Assembly: GCA_002811645.1 (NCBI GenBank)
Contig: PDIP01000014.1
Span: 121,633 to 185,632 of the forward strand
Length of the DNA stretch: 64,000 bases
Direction of reading: 5' to 3'
DNA from: Corallochytrium limacisporum Hawaii
Taxonomy: Eukaryota; Protista; Pluriformea
Positions within the stretch are counted from its first letter, which is position 1; every line of letters begins with the position of its first letter. Of the stretch, positions 22,572 to 30,833 are shown piece by piece. The notes below the pieces were generated by a model. That model was given only the letters and a program-made list of their open reading frames with translations, did not search any database and was not told where the DNA came from. Position numbers and translations under genes: made by a program.

Positions 22572-25500
22572 ATGAAAATACTTTCCCTTGTCTTCGCCGT
22601 TCTCACCTGTTTGCAGGTGTCAACGGTTGTAGGTGTGAAGAAATGTGTAAATCGGCAGTGCACTTCACCAATTTCAGTTGCAAAGGCTCAAGCTCCATTC
22701 AGGACCAATGGAGCAACCGGATGGCTAGAGTTAGACGGGTCAGAGACTGTGATCATCTTTGGAAAGGATGAAGATCAAGGGATATGGGAAGCTAGTTTGA
22801 AAGGCAAGCGGGGTGCTGTGATGGCTGACACTGTCAAGGAAATCACGGTCTATCATCGAAAGCCTTCTGTTGTTGCCGATTGGAAAAAGAAGCCAGCAGA
22901 GCTAGACTTAAGTTTGAATACGGAAGCTGAGGACACGGAAGCAGAGAATACGGAAGCGGAGAACACGGAAGAGGAAAACACGGAAACGGAGAACACGGAA
23001 GTGGAGAATATGGAAGCGGAGGATGCGGGAGCGGAAGAACAGGATCTTGTAAAGGAAGAGACGACTGCGGAAGAAGTCCCGGAGAAGCATGAAGAAGAAC
23101 TTCTTCAGGAGCCTGTGGAGGAGGTCGCCGAATTGCCAAGTACCGATGATCCTGAAGGAACCGCAGAAAAGGATTCTGAACAGGCCGTTGTAGAGACACC
23201 TGAGGCCCTCGTAGAAGAGGTCACCGAAGTCCCCATTGGAGTAGAGCCACAGACCCACGCAGAAGAGGAGCTGGAGATGCCGACAAAAGATGCCGCTGAC
23301 CTTTCAGAAGAACATGGAGTGGACGATGTTGCGACTCCTGAGGTGGCAGCAGAAACTATAATGATGGAACAGGAGCTATCAGAACCCGAAATTGTAGCAA
23401 CAGATACCCAAGAGACAGACGCCCTCGACTCTGTGGACACGCATGCTGACGAAGAGGCATCGAATATTCGTATCGATGACATGGTCCTGGATGTTGACGA
23501 GCTGAAAGGTGCACAAGAGCTGGAGGAGGAGGATCTTGATTCTGAGAAGGAGTCTATCATAGCAGTGAACGACGAGCCGATGGAAGAAGCTGTTCCCGAA
23601 GTGGACACGACCAAGGAAGGGCCCATGATACAGGACAATACACTCGAAGGAGAGGGCGTGCGCGAGACTCTTGAGGCTGTTACTCCTCAACCGGATGATA
23701 CACATTCGGACCATGCAGTCCAACTTGAAGAGGTCCAAACACACGCTGCGCATGCAGCAGAAGACGCAAACGTAGAAGTTGAGACTAAGAGTGATGAACC
23801 TTTGAAAGATACTCCAGATAGCAGGACAGAGCGGCGGAAGAATAAGCGAAGAAAATATGGACAGAAGGAGCCAGTAGACACAGAGCAGGCTGCAAAGAAT
23901 CGGTCCACCGGCGACGAGGACAGTGGCGGCATCGACATCACGAATGTGTTGCAAAGTTACTTGTCTTTGGACAACTTGGAAGTCCCCATTAAGATGGTCA
24001 AGCAAGCATCTTTACAGTTTCAAGAAAACTTTGGGGTCGAAGACGAAGTCATCCTCTTTGGAGTTGTTCTTCTGGCAATGTCCTGTATGTCCATGCTGAT
24101 GCTAACCTGCTGCTGTTGTGGCGGATCGTCCTCTTCTGGATCGGCAGCAAACCAGATCAATCAACTCAAGGCACAGCTTGAGAAACGAGAACAGGAAGCG
24201 AGGCATGCGAACCAAATGTTATCTAAATTGAAGGCAAATCCTGGAAGCACGGCCCCCATTGCGGATGCTGCTGGAATGAATGGAGCAAACCCAGCTGAAG
24301 TTGCCGGTCTTCAGAATGAAGTACAGCATTTGAGAAATCAATTGGAAAACATGTCCCAGGGATACCAACAGGACATCCAGAGCAGAGACATGGCTTTGCA
24401 ACAGAAGGAAGCCATCATTGCGCAAAAGGACCAGGAACTTCAGGGATACTATCAGACATACGAATCGGAGAGAACTGAATTAGTCCAGCGGACAGAGGAA
24501 GCAGAAGGCGCTCGCGATGGTCTTGAGAGACAGATTGGCGACTTGCAGTATCTCCTGGACGAAGAAAGAAAACGATTCAGAGACAAGGAAGAAGAATTCG
24601 AGTCGCTGAAGATCCACACAGACACATATACTAAGATCAATCAGGCTCTGAAGGTGATCGAAGCCAAGAATGAGGAATTGGAGTCAAAGTGGATTACTGA
24701 GGTCAGGGCTAAAGAAGCTGCCAAGGACCGCGTCCTAGAATTGCAATCAACTGTAAAGAGCCTTGAACATGAGGTATCTGCCCTAATGAAGGAGCGGGAG
24801 CAGAAGGAAACATCATCCTTGACAGATATTCGCGATGAAGCTCGAGAGATAGAATTTGCAAAGATGTCGAAGAAGCTTCAAGTTCTTGAAGAATACTTTG
24901 CCGAAGACACGAATGCTGGTGGTAAGCATAAGGACGCTAAGCAATTGCGTATGGAAATGGCACAAGTTGTGGAAGAGAATGCTGAGCTTGGGAAAAAGCT
25001 TGAAAAGGCCAAGGAAACCCAATTCCATGCAGAGGATAGGATGAAGAAGGCTCATCAAGAAGCTGATCAAAAAGCGTTGAAGGTCGACATGCTGGAAAAT
25101 GAAATCCGAGCGAAACAGGAACGCCTGGACACACTAGAGCAGTACTTTGAGGATGCTCTGGCTCGCCACAGACGCGAGACTGAAAAGCATGTCAAAGAAA
25201 TCGAAAAACTAGAAACTCTTGGAGCTAATCAGGAGATGGAAATGAATGAGGTCCGTGAAGAACTGGAGAAGAGAACCGATGACCTCAATGTCTTGACAGA
25301 AGATTACGTAGAGGTCAGAAACAAATACCAGGAACTGGACATTGATGTACAAGGTAAGGCGTCCCAGATCTTTACTCTGCAAAGTGAATGCGAGGAAGCG
25401 AATGAGAGGTTGGAAAAGACAACTTTAGAATTGGCTGACACGAGGGCTCACGTTGAGGACCTTGAGGGCAAGGTCGAAGAGTTCAGAGTATATAGTGAGG

Positions 25501-26804
25501 AGCTCGAACAGACGTACAACACGGAGAAGGATCGAGCGGATGGACTTGCTGCTGAATTGCATGAAACGGAGTATATCAAACAGGAGCTTCAAGAGAACGT
25601 GTCTGGTCTGCGTCGAAAGTTGGCGGAGCAGGATCGCATTATTCGCAACGTACAGAATCAGAATAGGGAACTTCAGCAGCAAATGAAGCAGCAACCTATG
25701 CAGAACAATGGAGTGACGGGGCAACGTGCCCAGATGGGCCAACGCCCAGTGCTCGCTCGCCCAGGAGCCGCCCCTGGAATGGGGACACTGAAGCGTCCGG
25801 GAGGTACTGGGCCGATCCCTACTGGTTCAACTCCGCAACGACCAGGAGGGGGACCCAGACCCACCATGGGTAATGGCCTCCAACCAAGAACTTCACATGG
25901 TACTGGAGATCACACCAGTAGAATGGGTGCAGGTGGCCATCAACGGTCTCCTTCCGGAGGCGGTCATCAACGGGCTCCTTCGGGAGGCGCTCCAAGGCCA
26001 CAATCTGGTGGCCCTCAGCGCCCCGGTCCTCAGCGGCCCGGTCCTCAGCGATCTTCCGCAGGCCCTCAGAGGACTCCCTCCATCAGTGGCGCACCAAATT
26101 CGGGGCCGCGGGCCGGTGTGGGAGCACCAAGTGGCCCAGGTACTCACCAGCCTGGACAATTAGCAAGTACCCCAATGGGATCCACGACGGCTGGACCACG
26201 GTCAGGTCATCCGCCGTCTCCTCGCGGTATGAATATCAGCACAGATTCACATGCTGCGGGAATTGCCTCCCAGCCAAGAGCGCCAGGCTCCCGCCCAGGA
26301 TCCCGTCCGTCCTCAGCTCAAGGTCACTACCGTCAGCTTGGCCCTGGCCCCCATGGCCAGCGATCCCGAAATCCGTCTCAAAGTGAACCTGCCGGTCACC
26401 CTACACCTCCTCTGAATCTCCCAGAAGCCACGGGCTATCAAGACATGCCAGCACCTGTCCCTTCCTCCAGTGAAGTTCAGGGCCCGGATGAACAGATACC
26501 ACAGACTCACAGCCAAGAGAATGCGGAGACTCAGGAAGATGAGCCAGACATGGACCAGGACTATGGTAAAATGACTGCTGTCCAACCGACAGCTCCACCG
26601 CCCGGTGCGATGACAAACCCATTCGCAAGGCCAACGATAACACCGAGGGCAACCACACACAAGCGCGAGCGTGTCCGTATTATGCCGAACAACAACCAAC
26701 CGATCATCAAGAGGGATCCCAACCAACCACAGGCCAGACCGGCACCGAAGCCGACTAATGTACCACCTCCGCCTACCGGTGATGGAGGAGGAGATTTCCT
26801 GTAA
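22572..26804 (+). CDS. TANGO1/MIA3-like ER-exit-site cargo receptor (signal peptide, MIA/MOTH SH3-like domain, acidic lumenal region, TM, coiled coils, proline-rich tail)
   Basis: Signal peptide MKILSLVFAVLTCLQVSTVVG. Then KKCVNRQCTSPISVAKA...WLEL...TVIIFGK...IWEASLKGKRG...VKE, matching the MIA-family K.C.D.EC..PIS...A...L......V.V..K.....W.G...G..G pattern. About 370 aa of E/D-rich sequence follow, then TM VILFGVVLLAMSCMSMLMLTCCCC, about 520 aa of coiled coil, and a G/P/R-rich tail with PPP motifs. Start placed at the ATG at 22572. Confidence 0.85.
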   Translation: MKILSLVFAVLTCLQVSTVVGVKKCVNRQCTSPISVAKAQAPFRTNGATGWLELDGSETVIIFGKDEDQGIWEASLKGKRGAVMADTVKEITVYHRKPSVVADWKKKPAELDLSLNTEAEDTEAENTEAENTEEENTETENTEVENMEAEDAGAEEQDLVKEETTAEEVPEKHEEELLQEPVEEVAELPSTDDPEGTAEKDSEQAVVETPEALVEEVTEVPIGVEPQTHAEEELEMPTKDAADLSEEHGVDDVATPEVAAETIMMEQELSEPEIVATDTQETDALDSVDTHADEEASNIRIDDMVLDVDELKGAQELEEEDLDSEKESIIAVNDEPMEEAVPEVDTTKEGPMIQDNTLEGEGVRETLEAVTPQPDDTHSDHAVQLEEVQTHAAHAAEDANVEVETKSDEPLKDTPDSRTERRKNKRRKYGQKEPVDTEQAAKNRSTGDEDSGGIDITNVLQSYLSLDNLEVPIKMVKQASLQFQENFGVEDEVILFGVVLLAMSCMSMLMLTCCCCGGSSSSGSAANQINQLKAQLEKREQEARHANQMLSKLKANPGSTAPIADAAGMNGANPAEVAGLQNEVQHLRNQLENMSQGYQQDIQSRDMALQQKEAIIAQKDQELQGYYQTYESERTELVQRTEEAEGARDGLERQIGDLQYLLDEERKRFRDKEEEFESLKIHTDTYTKINQALKVIEAKNEELESKWITEVRAKEAAKDRVLELQSTVKSLEHEVSALMKEREQKETSSLTDIRDEAREIEFAKMSKKLQVLEEYFAEDTNAGGKHKDAKQLRMEMAQVVEENAELGKKLEKAKETQFHAEDRMKKAHQEADQKALKVDMLENEIRAKQERLDTLEQYFEDALARHRRETEKHVKEIEKLETLGANQEMEMNEVREELEKRTDDLNVLTEDYVEVRNKYQELDIDVQGKASQIFTLQSECEEANERLEKTTLELADTRAHVEDLEGKVEEFRVYSEELEQTYNTEKDRADGLAAELHETEYIKQELQENVSGLRRKLAEQDRIIRNVQNQNRELQQQMKQQPMQNNGVTGQRAQMGQRPVLARPGAAPGMGTLKRPGGTGPIPTGSTPQRPGGGPRPTMGNGLQPRTSHGTGDHTSRMGAGGHQRSPSGGGHQRAPSGGAPRPQSGGPQRPGPQRPGPQRSSAGPQRTPSISGAPNSGPRAGVGAPSGPGTHQPGQLASTPMGSTTAGPRSGHPPSPRGMNISTDSHAAGIASQPRAPGSRPGSRPSSAQGHYRQLGPGPHGQRSRNPSQSEPAGHPTPPLNLPEATGYQDMPAPVPSSSEVQGPDEQIPQTHSQENAETQEDEPDMDQDYGKMTAVQPTAPPPGAMTNPFARPTITPRATTHKRERVRIMPNNNQPIIKRDPNQPQARPAPKPTNVPPPPTGDGGGDFL
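22918..23037 (+). repeat. Coding 15-bp tandem repeat (NTEAE-like pentapeptide, about 8 units) in the TANGO1-like lumenal domain
   Basis: aatacggaagctgag/gacacggaagcagag/aatacggaagcggag/aacacggaagaggaa/aacacggaaacggag/aacacggaagtggag/aatatggaagcggag... Confidence 0.9.
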
Positions 26805-26887
26805 AGCGAATAGTTAAGTTCAATGATACAATTGTACAATTTAATCGAAACTTTGGGCGTTCGCCCAGCTGGTCGACTCGTTGAAGC

Positions 26888-28213
26888 TCAGCCGATGCTG
26901 GGTATCGTTTGATCGCTGTCAGAATTGCTATCGGGACGAAGAGTAATTTCAACTTTTCCTGCGGGCACGGTACTTAGGATCTCACCCGCCAGGCTAACTG
27001 GCAAACCACACAAAAGATGACCATTTACAGCGAGAACTTCCGAACCCGCATGAATGTTCCCGGATCCAGCAACAATGCTACCCTCGCGCACCTGCACAAT
27101 CAGAGGACCTTCGCGCTCAGGATCATCCTTGAGGGCAAGGCCAATAGAAGCTCCATCATAGGGCAAAGTTAAAGTTACTGTTCGACGTTCGCTGGCCGGC
27201 AGAGTAAGGCAAGCGAATTGTTTGACACGCTGGGCTAAGTTACTGCACTGCAGCATGATGTCGTCACTGTTGTCCATGATAGACTGGGAATCAAAGGCAA
27301 AGGCTGCTCCAATCAGTTCCTTGCTTGCCGAATCGATCTCTTTACGCAGAAGTGCAATGTTGCCACTAGTCGCCGGATGAGCGCACACAGCGTTCATCAG
27401 GTCGACAATTTCCTCGGTAATGGCCAAAGCGTCCTGCGAGAAGTGGTCTTTATCCAACTTCTGCAGATGGGTAGCTACTTCGGGTGCCACTTCATAGCCA
27501 GGGGTATCGAGGTTTACCTTCTCTTGAGCCTCCGCGGCTAGTGTGAGTAGATCCATATGGATGGTATAGGCTAGCCTTCCGATAGTGAGGTGCTCAACAG
27601 CACACATAATGGTATCCAGTCTGTTCTCGTCTATGCTCTCCCAACGATTTATCAGAGTCTTCTCATCCATTTCCAGCAACTTACAGCCATTTACACCTGC
27701 ATCTATGAACTTGATATGGATGCAATCGGGGACTGCATAAAGGCTTCGTAGGAAGTCACCAACCTGGTCGGGAGACCACCGCTTCACCTCAGTGGAATCC
27801 AAATGGACCCGATCCTTTGCGGCCTTCATGTTAATATTCTTTTCCTCGGGACCCTTCTCATCACCAAAGTTCAACTCCACCGCGCACGCAAAGGCACTGG
27901 CGAGAGTACGCCGATGTTCTCCGTTAAAAAATTTGTTCCTTTGCAAGTCTCCTTCCAGGAATGAAACCGTAGACTCAACGGTGAAGGAACCCGTAGACAG
28001 AACGCTCACACCAGATCCGGTCTTCAGAGTGAGTTGGCTCAACTGCAAGTTATTCAATCCCAGACTCCGGTGACGCAGAGGCATAGCACGGAAAGACGTA
28101 TCTGAACGAACAGGCGCCGGAAAATCGCTGTCCTTGGAGTTGACGCTAGCACTGCTATCAACTCCGCAAGCATTGGGCTCGATTGAGATTACGGGCGCCC
28201 GAAGATCTGTCAT
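26888..28213 (-). CDS. CNK (connector enhancer of KSR)-like SAM-CRIC-PDZ scaffold lacking the PH domain
   Basis: SAM: VKRWSPDQVGDFLRSL...VNGCKLLEM...IMCAVEHL. CRIC-like helices: FSQDALAITEEIV, LRKEIDSASKEL, DIMLQCSNLAQ. PDZ: SIGLAL...NIHAGSEVLAVNG..LCG. Order and spacing are colinear with the CNKSR N-terminus as I recall it. Confidence 0.78.
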   Translation of the reverse strand: MTDLRAPVISIEPNACGVDSSASVNSKDSDFPAPVRSDTSFRAMPLRHRSLGLNNLQLSQLTLKTGSGVSVLSTGSFTVESTVSFLEGDLQRNKFFNGEHRRTLASAFACAVELNFGDEKGPEEKNINMKAAKDRVHLDSTEVKRWSPDQVGDFLRSLYAVPDCIHIKFIDAGVNGCKLLEMDEKTLINRWESIDENRLDTIMCAVEHLTIGRLAYTIHMDLLTLAAEAQEKVNLDTPGYEVAPEVATHLQKLDKDHFSQDALAITEEIVDLMNAVCAHPATSGNIALLRKEIDSASKELIGAAFAFDSQSIMDNSDDIMLQCSNLAQRVKQFACLTLPASERRTVTLTLPYDGASIGLALKDDPEREGPLIVQVREGSIVAGSGNIHAGSEVLAVNGHLLCGLPVSLAGEILSTVPAGKVEITLRPDSNSDSDQTIPSIG

Positions 28214-28665
28214 TGTGGTCGTATTTTCCGCGCGCTATGTGTAGTCTGACTTCTGTTCCGATACCTAGAAATGAATGGACAGCCTAATTTTGCGCCAAAT
28301 TCACGTCTTCTGTGCTGTCATACCTTCTCTGAATGGCGACTCTACGACGTAGCATGATTGGTCAATCACCGTTCACGTTTCAAAGAGGGACTGTGTTGCG
28401 ACGTTTCTTCATGCCTTTAATTGGAGGCACAGCATCTTATGCAGTAGCCTCAGGCGACTTATACTTTCTTCACCTTCAATACATGATGTCATTCACCTGT
28501 GAGTGTCAGACTGGCCTCGCTGAAGGAAGCACATTATCAGGTACTTAAAGATCCAAGCCGGCATCTACTGCCCAGGCCGTGCCTTTGTAAACTCATTTTT
28601 TGAATTGCAAGCCACATTTTTCCTTAATTGGCAACCTCGGCTTTCCCTCCTTTCCATTCACTTAG

Positions 28666-28740
28666 CACACACACACACACACACACACACTCTCTCTCTC
28701 TCTCTCTGTGTGTGTATGTGGGTGTGTCTGTGTATGTGCG
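28666..28740. repeat. Compound microsatellite (CA)n-(CT)n-(TG)n
   Basis: About 12 CA units, about 8 CT units, then a degenerate TG tract. Confidence 0.9.
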
Positions 28741-30833
28741 TGAACACTGCACTCTTGCTTTGGATTTTGGACATCGAGGGTGTTCCCTGCCAGGTAGCCC
28801 TTGGCAAGCCTCTCCAGGTCCGGAGACAAAGTCGTCCAACCGTCCAAGCCTTTCTTCTCTTTCCCATCACAGCCTCCACCCGGGTCCCCCTTTCCCACAA
28901 TGATTTGGAAAACGACTTGTCATTCGCGTTCATTCCACTTTCGTCCACCTGTTTTCTGCAGCCTTGACAACAAGCCCATTCTGCTCAGTATGTAGTGTCA
29001 AAGAGACCCATGCAGAATGGATTGGCTTTCCCTTTGGCTGAAAGCAACAGGAAAAGATCAGAGACAGCCAGCCAATCTGTTAAAGAACGAAGCAAATCCA
29101 GGCTTGCAGAGGAACCCTTGACACAAGCAGGAAGAGAAACATCCTGCTAAGTTCATTCATGCGTAGAAAAGTAAGAGGAGGAGACGTGGGGAGAAGCTTT
29201 GGTGCGCAAAAGCGGCGCATCCCAATTACTTCACAGTGAGGACGGTGGTTTGCGCCAGGCTCCGGGGAAATGACTTATTCTTTGCTGTGTCGGAGGCATT
29301 AATTTGAAACTTCGAACAGGTAGGAATGGCATCTTATTGCACTATGAGAGTGTACTGTCAAGCGGTACAAGGAGATCGCTCAAGGTCACGATCTCTCACC
29401 TTTCGATTCTCTGTGGATGACCTTGACGCTCTTCACTATGATTGCGAACGCATTGTCACTTGTGCTCGACGCTACAGATCACGCAGATGTATGATACTGC
29501 ATTGAACACTACAACGCTACCTCGGTGGGAGACCAGGACCAGCAACACCCACTCGTGCTGCCGGGTGAGCCCGTCCGTTCGTACCCCAACTATTCCCCTC
29601 CCCTCTTTGTCCTCTTCTTTTCTTGTTGCCATGGAGGACCGGGCCATTTACTTCGAGCACGGGCAAGCCCCAGTTGAACCCTACACAACTCGTGCCAAAA
29701 ATCCCCACATAGTCGACCAATCTTACCGTACGTTTTCGCTTCTCGGCACTCTCCAATGTCGAAAATATGTTCTAAGGACGACGATTTTCGCCGTGGGTGT
29801 CATTAGATAAGTGTCGGTGCAGACCCCCGAACATGCTACGTGTACCGATCGTGTGGTACGTGGCTGCAAAGGAGGACAGAATTCGTCTCCGCAAACTCAA
29901 CGACTGATGAGGACCTTCCAGTGCCTGCTTGGGAAGGCAAGCACTTTAAGCAAATGGAGGGGTTCCCATTTCCCTTGCTAAAGAGCTGGGATATATAACA
30001 CGGAAAAAAAAAAACTTTATGAGGATCTGTGGGGATATACATGCCATCCAAGGTGGACACCGCGTGCGGACGTGCACAGTTCGAAGTGTGCAAGCGAGGA
30101 AATCGTGACCGGGAACTTTTGCCTTCAACACGCCATGTGAACCTAGAAAAATTGATGCCCTATATCTGAGGTGGTACCATGGTCACTATGTCATGGGACG
30201 GGCTTGGGAGATTCTAGCGCACGCAACTCTCGCGTCCGTCAATGGACAGTTTCCAGGGTGCAGGTGGGAGCTCAATGCATTCAATCGGTTAAGGAATTCT
30301 TTCTTTCGAGAAAAGTCTCCCGAGAAGACAAGTGCAGAAAAGTGCTTCGTAGGCGTGAAACGCCGGCTGCTCTAGACCCAAATTATTGCCCAGTTGTTCG
30401 GGTCCCACCTGACGCAATGGCATAGTGCAACTTTGAGTAGCGAACTGTCTGTCTTGCACTTGTGCAGCACTCTTCAATGGAGTTTGCTCTGAACTATAGG
30501 CGGTAAAGGCTGGAAGCATTAAAGGTGTCGACAGTTTCGGAACCATTTCATCCCTGGGGCTGTCATAAATCACTGGGTGTGTAGGAAGCTCGGCCAATGC
30601 AGTGCAAGCCCCTCCAATGCTCCTATACAAGGCTGAATGACGAAAAATGCCCTTCGTACGATGGAATTGCCTCCCGGGGGCAGAGCTTGTGTAGATGGAA
30701 GATCCGTCTTCTGAACACCTTGACGTCATAGAACTGTCCAGTTCGATGTGTACCTAGCTGTCTGTGTTCCCAAAGATTTCGTGCTGGGCTACTGCTGGCC
30801 ATATCATTTCTAAAGTACCCATTTCCATCCCCT

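Noticed and set aside
29904-29945. Hammerhead-like CTGATGAG followed by a CCTTCC/GGAAGG stem
   Set aside because: The required GAAA core and stems I/III are missing.
30013-30020. Fungal WOPR-like motif TAAAGTTT (also at about 50371-50378)
   Set aside because: Isolated copies in AT-rich 3' regions, not enriched near the WOPR gene.
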